Shown: positions 12,721 to 25,837, numbered from the stretch's first letter. The stretch: 64,000 bases of DNA from Callorhinchus milii (GCF_018977255.1 NW_024704743.1:23562001-23626000); one strand, 5' to 3'. The notes: generated by a model not told the origin, from the sequence alone. Numbers and translations are program-made.

Positions 12721-13529
12721 TTGAAGTTGAGAACTGCATAGTCTTGACGGCTCACCTGCTCGTTGAGAATGGGTTATCGGGGGAGTTGTGGATGCAGCTT
12801 TGCAAAAGGCTGAATCGCTTAGTTTGACTTTGTGGATTGCCATTGGATTTGAAATGCTTGTTGTACTAGGATGATGCTTTATTTTTTACAACTATGTGAT
12901 ACAAAAAAGAAAACCCAGAATATCTGTGCAAAGTGTAAGCTTCTATCTAAAGGATTTGATAATAGTTAGTTATCAAAGGAGAAATGCATTGACAATGCCA
13001 TGTGTTATGATATCAATTAATATCTGAGAGATGTCTGTAAACTGCTTACTGGTGTACATCATTCCTACTCTCATGCTATACAAATGTAATCTTGTTGTTA
13101 ATTTGGAAGACAGGTTTCTGTAAACCCACCTTCCAGATCAAAACTGATTTCAAGACTTCTTTTGTTCCTTGTTTCAGAAAGCTGAGGCTTAAATGCTTGT
13201 CTGCAGAAACTGCTTGACTGCATTTTATGTGGTGTTGAATAATTCACACAATCCAGTCACTGGCGTGATTGGCAGATTGCTTATAGCAGACAAATGGAGA
13301 CGGAGGGTTTTGCTTCTGGCGTACACTGGATGTTGAGGAATACCGCAACTGGTTGACAAGCAATTGATTAGATTATCAGGTTTTTATATCAAAGTACAAG
13401 ACAAAGAAAGTAATGTCATCATCTTCATTGAAATGGGGCCACTGCCTATTCCATTATCTCACAATTGGAAAGCAGTTCATTTGCATTTATTTGTGGTGGT
13501 AACTATTGTAAGACTGGAAGCTGCTTGAT

Positions 13530-13952
13530 TACTGAGCGCAGCCTAGACTGACACTCCATTGCTGGGTGGGCTGCATCATCAGATGTGACATCTTTCAAAG
13601 CGCTCTGAGATGCCGTCCGGCGTGGAGGGCGCTATATAAATCCAAGTTGTTATTGTTTCATATGAGACATTAAACCAACTTTAATATCCTGTTTGCATGT
13701 CCAGCTGGGTGGACGTTAAAGTTCCCATACTGCTACTTGAAAAGAGAAAGGAGCTTCTCCGAATGTCCTGACCAACATTCCCCCAAATAAAATTAGTGAT
13801 TCACTTCATAGCTGTTTGTGGGACTAATTGTTCACAAATTACCTGCCACATTCACCTACAAATATAGTTACTACAATTTAATAGTAAATTCTGCAAAGTG
13901 CTTTGTGATGTTTTGACATAAGAATATTATATCAAATGCAAGCTTTATTGTT
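13530..13952 (+). mobile_element. Older DeuSINE-like element with a 58-bp L2-type tail inserted at 13598-13655
   Basis: ctagactgacactcc...tgagacattaaacc...ggtggacgttaaag...gtcctgaccaacatt...gctgtttgtgggac...caaatgcaag. Confidence 0.82.
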
Positions 13953-14525
13953 GATAATAAACTATTATGAGGCATCTTCACCACTCCACTTGGGTTCCTC
14001 TCACAAAATAGAAGAATAGGTGCAATACTATGACTACTTGGAGCTTCAGACTACAGTTTCCTTTTTGGGTATGGTTACTGCTGACTCATCTCTGACTAAA
14101 ACATGCATTGATTGAAGTTTTACATCATTTTACACACTGCAAAAATGTTGCAAATAGCAGAACAAATTGCAGCAATATTGGCTTCTGAAATGTTGATGCT
14201 AAATGAAGCACTGTACTATTCAGTCCACCACTCCTTGTCTCAATTGTGGAGGATATTGTGGGCTCCGCATCTGTCAGTGATCGAAAGATTAAGTGGTTTC
14301 AGAAGAAACAGTTCAGGACTTATTAAAGCTATGTAGCCACACCACCTGGAACTGCTTCCTTTAAATATTTAAAAGTCGCTGTTTAGCCACATTGGCTGTT
14401 GGGGATTATTTGCACTAAACATCTTTCTATACACAAAGGGATTGGAAACGTACAGCAGTTAGCTTAAGCTCGATGGTTCGCCTGGCCTTTTGTGCTGTAA
14501 TTTCTATTATGCTTTAGGTTTAGGT

Positions 14526-14831
14526 GGAGTCCTGTAGCTCAGTGGTTAGAGTACTCGCCTTGCAAGCGAGACACCTGAGCTGAATTCCAAACAGGGCGAA
14601 ACCTTGGGCAAGTTTCCTTACTCCACACGCCTAATAATAATCCCTCCAAAACAATAATAAATTGGTCATTTTCAATCCACGACTGTTTGTGGGATACTGC
14701 TGTGCGCAATTGGCTGCCGCGTTTCGCCCACAAATATACGGTCAATTCACTTTACAGCATATTTTGTGAAGCGCTTTGATCTGTCGAGAAGACGTGAAAA
14801 GCGCTATATCAAATGCAAGGATTATTATTAT
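14526..14831 (+). mobile_element. Young tRNA-derived SINE, full length (tail variant B)
   Basis: ggagtcctgtagctcagtggttagag...gcgctatatcaaatgcaaggattattattat. Confidence 0.93.
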
Positions 14832-15618
14832 AAAAATATCCTGATGATTCTAAAGATAGCCAAAAGATAATAGAAAGAGGTCATTCATTGAGCTACATTA
14901 TCTTTGTACCCTCCTCAATTTGTACAGTGAGTCTGACCCAGGACAGAGTATCTTTTTCAGTGTGGCAGCCAGCAAAGTGCTCATTTGGGGAGAAGGCAGA
15001 ATTGAAGGCAAACTGTTCCCCCAAAGGTCTAACGACAATGATAGAGCTGGAGGGAATCCCAGTTTAAAGTCAGTTTTTGGACTTGAAATCACTTGCATCA
15101 AGCAAACAAATTATAAACTAGCTATATAAAGTCAGTCTCTGTTACCAGACAGATCAGAGGAAGCTAGGAGACTGGGTCGGAACAGAGGCTTCGGGAGGTA
15201 CATTATTTACATTACTGAGTGAATCTTAACACTAATGTTAATAATCTCAACACATTAATTGTAAAGTTCAAACTAGTCATATTTTATGTGAGTGCTACAT
15301 TAGCACGAGGAGTGGGTGAAGGAATATTGCATGTGCACCCAGGATGGTATTCTGCAGTTGTCATTGTTCACCATTCAATAAGGTGCTATTTTATGTGAGT
15401 AAACTTTAATGAAGGCAAGTGTCGCATCACCATATAAACGTAGTATGTATTAGTTAGTGGTTCCTGTTACAGTTATCCTCCTGTTTAAAGCTCCAGCTGT
15501 ACACCCTGGTTAGATTTCATCCATCCATGTCATATACATTCTGCTAATAAACTATTTTCTGTCTCTTTCTATTCCACCTTCTTCCCTTCCTCCACCCAAT
15601 TCAATTCCTAACTTGCAG

Positions 15619-15746
15619 GAGCTATGCCAGTCCCAGACCAGACGTCTGAAAAGAATAACCTGCTGAACCCCATGCTGAGTGCTTCCAATGGAGACGGCTC
15701 TGAACCAGAGACCACCTCTGCTATCCTGGCTTCAGTTAAAGAACAG
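15619..15746 (+). CDS. CTNND2: Delta-catenin (catenin delta-2) internal coding exon, equivalent to human exon 2
   Basis: Translates (G)[42 protein letters not shown], matching recalled human [46 protein letters not shown]. Acceptor is a pyrimidine tract plus ttgcag (AG 15617-15618); donor is CAG|gtaagt at 15746/15747. Phase 1 in, phase 0 out. Confidence 0.95.
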
Positions 15747-16767
15747 GTAAGTGTTTTCTGCTTCAGCTTTCTTTGTGTGTTAGTGATACAATGTATGCCA
15801 TTGGAGCTTTCCACACAAAATACTTACTGTAAGAGAATCTTGAACATGAAGGTAAGCTGTGCAAAGCGAAGGAAGAGCTCTGCTACTTTTCAAAATCTAC
15901 ATGGGAACTGGATAGTGAAGTTCATCAATATTTATGAGATTTTAGTTTAGGAGACAGTGGTTGACTGGTTGTATCAGAGAGAGCAAGCTGTTGTCTGAAT
16001 CTGATGTTAGAATTTCTCAGTCTTAGCCTCAAGGCCATTGTCTTCTAATGTTAGATCATGCAGAATTTTGGAAGAGGGTTCAATTCCAACTTTCAAGGTC
16101 CATGTGCGTAACACAAAGGAAGTAACATAAGCGGCAACCTGTTGACCCAGAAGCGCTAACTGGTTGCAATTTCGACAGCTCCGTTATAATGCAGGATCTA
16201 AGTTTATGGACTAAAACCACTGCTTTGTAATGGGGCAAATTCCATACTCCTCTGCAGCCTCACACGCTGCAAGCCAGATGTGAAAATGGGGATAGCAAGA
16301 TATAATATTTTGTCTTGAATTTTTAAATAATTTTCCAGTTTATCCTGGTTACCTGTATGTTGCTCAGTTGGATGGAGCTGACCGCTGTCTTTATTAAAAT
16401 GCCATCTAGCTGCATTTATCTCTCAAAGTCACAAGTGAAGGCACAGGTTTAATTGTGTGGCATGCATTCAAAACTAGAAGAGCTATACATGCTGCAATGC
16501 CATGATGAGCTGCTAAACTAGGAATGTGAATGTGACAGTCTCTGCAATTACACTAGTGAGAGACTGCAATAAAGCACTTCACTATTGATTGAATAAGAGG
16601 ATGGAGAATCACAGCCACTCAAGAAACAGTGACCTAAAGCTACTGTGATGAAGTTTCGTGGACACTGACATTTCGGTTTCGGTTTTAATCTCAACCTTTT
16701 TTTTATTTTGCTGTGAGAAAAAGATCAATGTAATCTTTCACTTAAAAAAAAATTATAGTTGAAGCAT

Positions 16768-16960
16768 CCCTGATGGCTGAGCAAATGTACTCTGTGAGTA
16801 GCTTCAGTGAGTAGGGGAGCTGAAGGTCCCAGGCTTGACCTCAGTCTGTGCTGATTTAGCTGATCTCAGGCAGGGCGGTATTAGAGGTTGCAATTGGACT
16901 CAATGCTCCATGTTAGGGAGAGAAAAAAAATCGACCAGAGTTTCCACTTCTGATCAATAA
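16768..16960 (+). mobile_element. Old tRNA-type SINE, 5' part (family unassigned)
   Basis: tgatggctgag...aaggtcccaggcttgacctcagtctgtgctgatttagctgatctcagg...caattggactcaatgc; reverse-strand relatives elsewhere in the window. Confidence 0.6.
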
Positions 16961-17270
16961 CTTCAGATATGCACTGTTCGGGACTTCACACATGGAGAAT
17001 TGGCAATTGTGTGAGGTAGCAGAGGGCGCCTAATGCCTATGACAATGTATCCCTTATTGAGGGTAAAACGAATCAAATGCCTCAAGAAGAGGAGAAAATT
17101 TACAAGAAGCCACCTCTTCTTTTCCTGGCACTCATTTTCCTCTCGCAACACACTGTGACCGGCTGGGCAGATGGATGAGCAGCTCATAAACCTCCACTCA
17201 CACTCTTGTCCAGTAAGCACACAAGAGTGACCAGAGCACAACTCTCCTATGATTTCTGTAGTAAATTATT

Positions 17271-17500
17271 CAACAATAACAACTTGCATTTATATAGTGC
17301 ACTTCATGTGGGGCAGCTTTGTGGTGGGCGCTTGTCCCCGAGTAGAGGAAGAGAGGGGAGGTAACTAGGCACAGTCGAAGAGGAAGGTCTTGAGATATGA
17401 TCAGAAGATGGGCAAGGAGGGGGCAAGGTGGAGGGATTGGGGCAGAGAGTTTCAGGACATAGTGGCTGAAAGCACAGCCAACAATAGTGAAGGGAGTGAG
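17271..17500 (-). mobile_element. L2 3' end fragment
   Basis: caacaataacaacttgcatttatatagtgc...gtcgaagaggaaggtcttgaga...gtggctgaaagcac. Confidence 0.8.
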
Positions 17501-17750
17501 GGTGTTAGTCGATTGGCAGATTGCTTTTACGAGAGTAATAATTCCTTCAAAAAATGTTTTTAAATATAATAATAATAAATTGGTCTCCAATCCATGGCTG
17601 TTTGTGGGACACTGCTGTGCGCAATTGGCTGCCGTGTTTCGCCCACAAAATATATAGTACAATTCACTTTACAGTATATTCTGTGAAACACTGAGACGTC
17701 TCGAAGACGGGATAAGGCACTATATCAAACGCAAGGATTATTATTATTAT
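17501..17750 (+). mobile_element. SINE 3' part (long variant)
   Basis: gttagtcgattggcagattgc...gtaataattcc...gtttgtgggacactgctgtgcgcaattggctgccg...(tta)n. Confidence 0.88.
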
Positions 17751-17859
17751 TTTTCTTAAAAGAATTTACAGAAAATTTCAAAATTAAGGTAGAATTTAAG
17801 AAATTCTGAAAAGATACATACACAGAGTAAATTCAGGTGGAATTTCTCCCCATGTATCT

Positions 17860-18055
17860 TGTGGCTTCCCAATCCCTTCGCCAGACATGCTCCTTCCCCT
17901 TTTTTAGATGATGACTGAAGACCTTGCTCTGCAATCGTGCTAACGGTCACCTCCTCACTCCCCCTGACTCAGTATCAGGCTCAGCCACTGTTAAGCGCTC
18001 CAAGACCCTGCCCTGTGTGAAGGGCGTTATATAAATGCAAGTTGCTGTTGTTGTT
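17860..18055 (+). mobile_element. L2 3' end, second subfamily
   Basis: Ends ccctgtgtgaagggcgttatataaatgcaagttgctgttgttgtt. Confidence 0.75.
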
Positions 18056-19489
18056 AGGCTCAATGCTGCCTGCTCGTGGTTCTACGCTTTTCTCGGTGTT
18101 GTTGTTGCTGCATGGCCCTTCTCCCCTCCTTCCTGGCTGGACTGAGCTGAATTGCAATTAAATTACAGGATGAGTGTTTATTGGTTCAAGAAGAAGCAGC
18201 TTGTATAATTTGTTGGCTTTGCTATTGGAGCTCGTGATTTTTAAGTGAGATTAACTGGAAATTGGGATTGAGAGGCAAATAATCTCACTAACAAATGTGC
18301 TGAGCTTGTAGCAAAACAATTCCACTGATTCCGTATGGTGTCTGTTTGCATTTATTTCTTGCAGATAGTTAATGTACAAAACCCACCCAATTTCCTGTTC
18401 TTTGGCAAGCGTTCTGCTTTTCAGAACAAGTTAAATTTCCCTTTCATGAATTGAATGACGTGCAAGAAAAACAAGATCCTCCATTTAAAATTGTTTCCAA
18501 ATATATATTGGATTTTCCTAAACCACTGATTGAAATTCAGTCAAATTTGAGTGAATTAATATTCATTCTCTGCTCAAATGATTTGTGCTACAGTGTTGCT
18601 TCTTTATTCACATTAGCTCCTTAACACACAGACCCTATTTCATTCAACCAACATTAACAGGGATGTTATTTTAGTAAAAATTCCAGCATTGCCAGAATAT
18701 CTCAACACGCATTTGTTTCATCACACCAGTAAATTATATTTGTCATTAAAAATGGTTTCTGTTTTTTGTTTTAGCCTCTCCCAGAGGCACTGAAGACAGG
18801 TGGTGTATTTACTATTAACCCAACCAAGATAAGCTAAGACCGAGATTTGGGCTGCTTTTTCTCACTAGGCATTTGGAAGTGACCATCCCCACCCTTTTCT
18901 TTCATTGTGAAACGTTTGGTTGGATTGTTTTGGTGGGAAATTATTTCTGTTGTAAAACCCTGAAGGTTTACATTGTCATGCTTTGTTCAGTAGCTTATGA
19001 GGTTATCGGGGGTTAAAAATCACTGGTGAAGCTGATCAGCTGCTAGATTACAAAGAGGGACATTGTGCTCATGGACATGTCCCAGTTGATAACTATTATG
19101 GGGAACTCACCCTACCCCTGGTTTCATTGCAATGGTTTCACCACATTCAATTGAAAGTGGTTTGATACTCCAATTGTTGTTGCAAATTTGCCATTCAGAC
19201 TTTTAAACAATCCATGTGACAATGTCGTGCTATTTTCATTGGTGTGAAGGAGATATGTTAAGAGCCGAGAAAAATCCCATTAAACGTGTATAATAATGCA
19301 GTGTGTGCACGTCAACAAGACTAGCAGATGGAGCTCTGGTGGATCAAGATGTTTAAGTAGCTGTTAGTGCTTGTGTCAGCCATTCAGTGCCATCAGCGGG
19401 TTTAGAGACTTGTCAAGGTGAGAACACCACCAAGTAGGCGCAGTGCTAAAGACTGAATGGATAAACAGAAAAAATACTGGTAATCAACC

Positions 19490-20010
19490 AGACATCAAGC
19501 CCTGACTGACAGCAGGTCCTCCTGCTTGGCTCACCTCATCCTCACCTCAGTTGCTGACAATATCACTATTCCTGGATGCACTTTCCACCTCACTGAGCCA
19601 TTACAGAACTTCAGTATCTTGTTCAACTCTCAATTGAATTTTAAACCCCACATCCGTGCCATGACCCAGTCTGCTTTCCCCCACCTCCGCAACATTGCCT
19701 TCCTCCGCCACTACCTCTGCTCTCAGGCTGCCAAGACTCTCATCCACACTTTCGTAACATCGAGGTTTGACTATGCCAACCCCATTTTTGCCGGACTTCC
19801 CAGCTCTTCCCTCCAAAGCTGCAGAATATTCAGAACTCCGCAGCTCGTGTCCTGTCCCACACCACGTTCTGTGATTCGATCACCCCCATCCATGCCCAGC
19901 TTCATTGGCTTCCCCTCCCCCAGAGGCTCGGGTGCAAACCATTCACTATCCAGCACCTTGGCATGTCCTCCCAATGTGAAACACACTAAATAAATGAAAT
20001 TAGTTGTTTT
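19490..20010 (+). mobile_element. L2 ORF2 fragment with internal deletions plus tail
   Basis: SAFPHLRNIAFLRHYLCSQAAKTLIHTFVTSRFDYANPIFAGLP. Confidence 0.9.
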
Positions 20011-20769
20011 CGTTATTGGTAAATTTGTAATTCATCAGAACAAAAGGAAATGAGATGTGACAGATCATCACCAAGAGCTTGGTCTAAAATCACAGGCCAC
20101 TCTGAGCACCATCAGGTAGCTCTGTAAGGAATGAGATTGTTATTAATGGTAGGATCACTGTTTTCTAATGAAATGAGTCTTACTCTTTGCAGGAGGCAAC
20201 AGTGTGCTTGGATGGCTTCAAGATTGCTGCCTCTTCTCAGGCTGCATGCAGAGCCCATCGCTTTTAGTCTGTGTGACAACCTCAGTACCCTGGAGTCATC
20301 TGAGGCCATTATTCAGCATGAAATCAGGAAAATCACCTTGGCTGTGATATTACAATTCCAGGGCATCCTCAGTGCTTATGAACTCTGTCATGCAGCAATG
20401 CAGAATGGGATCAAGTACTACAGAGAAGTCCTATTATATGTTATACCTCAAACCAGATAAGGAAAAGCTACACATATAGTAACTTGTAGGAGAGATGTGA
20501 AAGGCTGAATGTACATTACTATAAAGTGGATCAAGACACATGGAAGGGGAAGGAACACAACCAGATTGCATATCAGTGAGATTTACAGAATATTCAGATA
20601 AGGCTGTGTGGTCACCTGTGGCTTAAGACTAACATCTTTTTGTCCTTTATTTCACTGGTATTCCCTGGAAAGATGTACCCTGTTTAATTAATTTTGCAGC
20701 ATATTAGGTGCAAGTTAGGAAGAGCCAAGGCTTAGGAACCTCAGATATTTCAGAGATTTTGAGATACGG

Positions 20770-22245
20770 CTAGATACCCTCCCTGGACTTATTCCTCCTC
20801 TCAAGCTACTACCCCATCTCCTACCTCCCTTTCCTCTCCAAGGTCCTGGAACGAATCGTTGCTTCACTCCTTCCTCTCCCGCCACTCCCTTCACGAACTC
20901 CTCCAATCGGGTTTCCGTGCCACCCACAGCACAGAAATAGCCCTGGTCAAAGTGACAAATGACATTCTGTCCATCTGAGACCAGGGCTCCCTCTGCCTTC
21001 TCGTCCTCCTTGATCTCTCTGCTGCCTTCGACACCGTTGCCCACTCTGTCCCCATCCACTGCCTCTCCTCTCACCTCAACCTTCACAGTTCTGTCTTTGA
21101 CTCATTCAGATTGTACCTCTTACACCACCTTCACTTCATCTCCACAAACGGTTTCTCCTCTAGCCCCCGCATCGTCTCGTGCGGCATTCCTCATCCTTCA
21201 TCCCCTCCTCTTCAATATCTATATAGTCCCATTGGTGACATCATCCACAGACATGGGTCAAGTTCCACATGTATGGGGATGACACCCAAATCTACCTCTC
21301 TGCTTCCACCTTTGACTCCAGGACCACTGCTGTCCTGACAGAATGTCTGTCAGACATCAAGTCCTGCATGAGAACTAAATTTCTACAGTCGAATGTCAAC
21401 AAGACCGAGGCTCTCCTGATTGGCTCCGGTCAGCACCTCCACACCTCAGGCGCTGACAGCATCACCATCCATGGATGCACACTCCATCTTACTAAGCCAG
21501 TCCAGCACCTTGGGGTTTTGTTTGACCCTCAACAATCCTTTCTACCCTACATCTGTGCCATGACCCATTCGGCCTTCCCGCACCTCCACAACATCATCCG
21601 GATCCGCCATTGTCTCACACCACAGGCCGCCGAAACCCTCATACACACATTCATAAAATCCAGGCTCGACTATGCAAACTCCTTGCTTGTCGGCCTCCCA
21701 AACTCCTCCCTCCATAGGCTGTTGATCTTCCAGAATTCTGCAGCCTGTGTCCTCTCCTGCACCAGGCTCCGTGACCCTATCAACCCCATCCTCGCCCGAC
21801 TCCACTGGCTTCCCATCATACAGAGGATACTGTTCAAGATCCTGGTCCTCACCTTCAAAGCCCACCATAGTCTTGCTCCCACCTACCTCTGCGACCTTCT
21901 AATCCCCTACTGTCCTGCCAGCTCCCTCTGCTCAGCGGGCTCCAGCCTGCTTCACATCCCCCGCCTTGCCCACCCCACCATTGGCGGGTAGATCTTCTGC
22001 CACTCTGCCCCCACCCTATGGAACTTCATCTCGTAGTCCCTCCGCTTGCCCCCTCTCTTGCCTCCTTCAAGACCCATCTCAAGACCCTTCTCTTCAACTG
22101 TGCTTTCGATCACCCTGCTTCCCCCCCTTGCCCTCCATCCTCCCCAATTCCGACCCCCAGCTCAGGTCTGAAACATTGACTGTCCAGCACCTTCGGCCGT
22201 CCACCTGACATGAAAGGCGCTATTACAGATGTTATTTTGTTGTTA
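20770..22245 (+). mobile_element. L2 LINE, 5'-truncated, frameshifted RT through 3' tail
   Basis: HSTEIALVKVTND, LLDLSAAFDTV, MYGDDTQIYLS (YxDD), SRLDYANSLLVGLP, LHWLPIIQRILFKIL; ends tgaaaggcgct...(ttg)n. Confidence 0.95.
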
Positions 22246-22553
22246 CAGAGTTTAACTGGCTAAAACCTCGTAACTTATCCTTGCTAGGCAAGATTCCTGC
22301 TGCGTCCAGCTAGGACCATCATTCCTGTGAGGTCTTTGGTTTTCCAAGGTTAACAGGAGGTAAGTGGGAGGAGTTCCTGCCCCCAGGGATTGGTCTGTCC
22401 CTTCAAGTCTAGACAATGAACCAGACTGGCTGGTCTATCATTAGCAGTGCCCTGGAATACCGTTGATCTGCAGGGTCAGGAACTGGACTACTTCGCATAG
22501 GATCAGCTCAGTCCTGATATGTCATTGCCAGGCACGTCACCATGGAACTAGCT

Positions 22554-23080
22554 GGAGGAGGATGAGGAGACAGAGGGAGCCCTGGTCAGCATGGACAGAA
22601 TGTCATTTGTCACCTTGACCAGGGCTGTTTTCTTGCTGTGGACAGCACGGAAACTGATTGAAGGGGGTTCATAAAGGGAGTGGCAGGAGAGGAATGAGTG
22701 AAGCTGGGAAGTAATGACTTTTTCAAGTACCTTGGAAAGGAAAGGGAGGTTGGAGGGAAATAGTTAGTGAGCAGAGATGGGTCTAGGGAAAGTTTTTTTT
22801 AGGATAGGGGCGGTGACAATTGTTTTTAGTGGGGTGGGAGCGGTGCCAGTTGACAGGAAGAGGTTGACAAGATCTAAAAATAAAGGGGTGAGGAGGTGGA
22901 GCTGGGATGTATGGAGGAGGGGTAGGGATGGGGTCGCGGGAGCAGGTGGTGGTCTTCATGCGAGTTATAGTGGTGGTAAGAGAAGAGGGGGAGGCAGATT
23001 TGAAGATGTGGAGGGAGGGAAGGGTAGGGGTCTGAGTGTGAGGGAGAGATAAGGAGGTGGTCGTGGTTGGGAGGTCAGAA
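22554..23080 (-). mobile_element. L2 ORF2 internal fragment
   Basis: Reverse complement gives PPAPATPSLPLLH...TAPILKKTFP...QSVSVLSTARNSPGQGDK, the region around the HSTETALVKVTND motif. Confidence 0.85.
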
Positions 23081-23264
23081 GCGGCTTAACGATTCCCCTC
23101 GATTTTGGTCTTGAGGATATCCAGCATCTCCTCGCTGTTGGAGTTGGCTCACTGCTAGGCTGATCGTCTCAGTAACTCATGCAAACAGTTTCTTCTGATG
23201 ATGCCACAGTAAACGGAATGTGTGTTGTGAAATGGGACAACTGATGTGATAGTTGTCACGTCTG

Positions 23265-23670
23265 ATGAGTTCTTCCAGTCCAGTTTCCATCCTGCCTACA
23301 GCTCAGATACAGCACTCGTCAAAGACTCCAATGACATCCCCTCTCTCTATCTCTCTCTCTCTCTCTGTGACCAGGCTCCCAATGCCACCTTGTCCTCCTG
23401 GATCTATCCGCTACTGTCAATCATGTCATCTTCCTCCACCGCCTCTCCTGCCTCATCCATCTCTTTATGAGTGCAGTTGCCCGGTTCGAGTCCTACTTAA
23501 CCAATCGCCATCAATTTGTCTCTACAAATCCCTTCATGCCCTGGCACCTCCCTACCTTTCCAACCTGCTTACTTCCCACTCCACTACCCATCGGCTGGCT
23601 CCAGCCTCCTGCTTGTCCTTCATCCCCTCCACTCCACCATCGGTGGTCGTGCTTTCAGCCACTATGCTTT
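23265..23670 (+). mobile_element. Degraded, internally deleted L2 fragment
   Basis: QSSFHPAYSSDTALVKDSNDI...; PLHSTIGGRAFSH. Confidence 0.8.
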
Positions 23671-24410
23671 TATGGTCACATTTCCAGTGCTCCTTCAGGG
23701 GGTACAAGCTTCACATTTATTGATTTGACTTCAAAATTCAATAATTGTTGAATATTTTGCAAATTATTTTTTTCATTGATTTCTAAAGACTGGGTGTAGT
23801 TTAATGAGCTAACGCTAAGTGGAATTTCAGGCTTCTGGTAAAATTGAGAGTTGTTTTGAAGTAGAATCTCAGGCTCAGACCTGAGCCCCATGTCTATGTG
23901 CACTTAACCTACAATGCCAAAAGGCCACCTTGTACAATCTATTTCTTAATGTTTGTTGGGCTACTAGGTCTCTGGAATGTTCCCAATTTAAGCGAACATC
24001 ATAGCCTGGAGTGTGCTGCACTTTCAATTTTATTTTCTTACCCAGCGGGAAGTTTCTCTGTTGGTCTACCTGTTAACCTTTTTTATTTTCTTTCCACACC
24101 ACTCGGATATTGTGATTTAACTCAGGAGCCTTGCATTAATCAGTTTTACAACTTAAGTCTGCAACAGATTTCTCTATGTGGAAGCAGAATGAAGGTATGA
24201 AGGGACACTGGCAATTACTCACCACAGAGGAACATAGAATATCCGCAATGGAAAAAAAATAACCTTCGCAAACCAAGGTAGAAATCAAGAGAAGTTACAA
24301 TGCTGACTGTTCTTTCAGGTTTTTTTTTGCTTTTCCTTGAAACAAGGCATGAATCAGGGATTCCAAACAGAGGTTCATGAACAACATGTGCAGGAATCTG
24401 AGGATCTGTT

Positions 24411-24735
24411 AATAATAATAATAATAATAATCCTTGCATTTGATATAGCGCTTTTCACGTCGGGAAGACGTCCCAAAGCGCTTCACAGAACACACTGTAA
24501 AGTGAATTGACTGTATATTTGTGGGCGAACGCGGCAGCCAATTGCGCACAGCAATGTCCCACAAACAGTCGTAGATTGAAAATGACCAATTTATTATTGG
24601 TTTTGGTTTTGGAGGGATTATTATTAGGCTCTGTGTGGAGTAAGGAAACTTGCCCAAGGTTTTGCCCTGCCTGGAATTGAACTCAGGTCTCTCGCTTGCA
24701 AAGCGAGTGCTCTAACCACTGAGCTACACGACTCC
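24411..24735 (-). mobile_element. Young tRNA-derived SINE, full length (tail variant A)
   Basis: CpG-rich copy with long (aat)n tail and complete head. Confidence 0.95.
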
Positions 24736-24739
24736 ACAT

Positions 24740-25042
24740 TAATAACTTAATAAGCCTTGCATTTGATATTGCACTTTATCATGCTGCAGAAAAATCTCAA
24801 AGTACTTCACAGAATATACTGTAAGTGTAGTGAATGAGTATTGGTAGACATATGCAGCAGCCAATTTGCACATAGAAGTTCCCCACTTTGTGAAGTGAAT
24901 GAACAATTTTATCTGGGAGATTGTTGGCAGGACACCAGGCTGACAACTCTCACAATCCAGCACTCCACAGCACTGCACTGGATTATCATCTTAGACTATG
25001 TGAGGTCAAAGTCCAGATATGGGGTTTGAAGCCACAACTTCT
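24740..25042 (-). mobile_element. Older DeuSINE-like element with internal deletion
   Basis: ccttgcatttgatatt...gcagccaatttgcaca...tgttggcaggacacc...tttgaagccacaacttct. Confidence 0.75.
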
Positions 25043-25837
25043 CCACATTGTCCATCATTGTTCCTTCTCCTGATCTCGTAAATTTCAGGAACCTATTCCT
25101 AAATTAAAGATGTAGAGGATACAATTCTCAGAACTGGGAAAAATACTCAGAGCAGCCCATGCATAAGAAGAGGTAAGGGAGGAGGAAGAGAAAATGGAAA
25201 GGAAAGCTACCGCCCATTCAATGTAGAATGAAGTGTGTCAAGGAATGAAGGAGATGATTTACAAAGAGAAACTGAAGTTTTAAAAATTGCATTGGTAAAA
25301 TATTTCAATCCATTTTATAAACGCTATTCTTCCATTCTTATTGCCCAAACTATCTTAATACTTAGCAGTTGGAACATATTAAATAAGATAATGTGTAGCA
25401 TTGGTAATTCTGTGCAAATTTTTATTTCTAATTTATTGTCATTGTCAAAATGTTCATTCCATTTTCTTAGTTTCTATCGACTCCTTCCTGGAGATCTGCT
25501 GCTTTGTGGTGAAGGCATTATGGTTATCTTATCAGCAGTGCTGACAGTTCCTGGACCTCTTTCAAGAGAGAACTGTGCTGTACGTGTGTGGCTCAGCCAG
25601 ATTATTTCCACAGATTATATCGCAGCATTTTATAATGAGAAATCCTGTGCCCATATTTATTGGATACAGCAGCAGCAGCAAATTCCACTTAAGAACAAGC
25701 TAACTCCATTTAGATATTTCACCACTTATTTCAATAGGACCAAAATTCTGATAAGATTGCTCTTGGAAACCATTCACAATTTATCGTACTGTGCTTTCTA
25801 TGTCTTACTTCTTAAAGCATCCAGTTTGGAAGGTTCA

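Noticed and set aside
15605..15618. U12-type branch site (ttcctaac) at the exon acceptor
   Set aside because: Does not match TTCCTTAAC, a long U2-type pyrimidine tract is present, and the intron's donor is outside the window.
15747..15950. Continuation of the 108-aa ORF 15624..15950
   Set aside because: CTNND2 similarity stops at VKEQ, exactly at a canonical gtaagt donor; the remainder is intron read-through.
21269..21991. 240-aa ORF as a functional gene
   Set aside because: Fragment of L2 ORF2 in a truncated, frameshifted copy.
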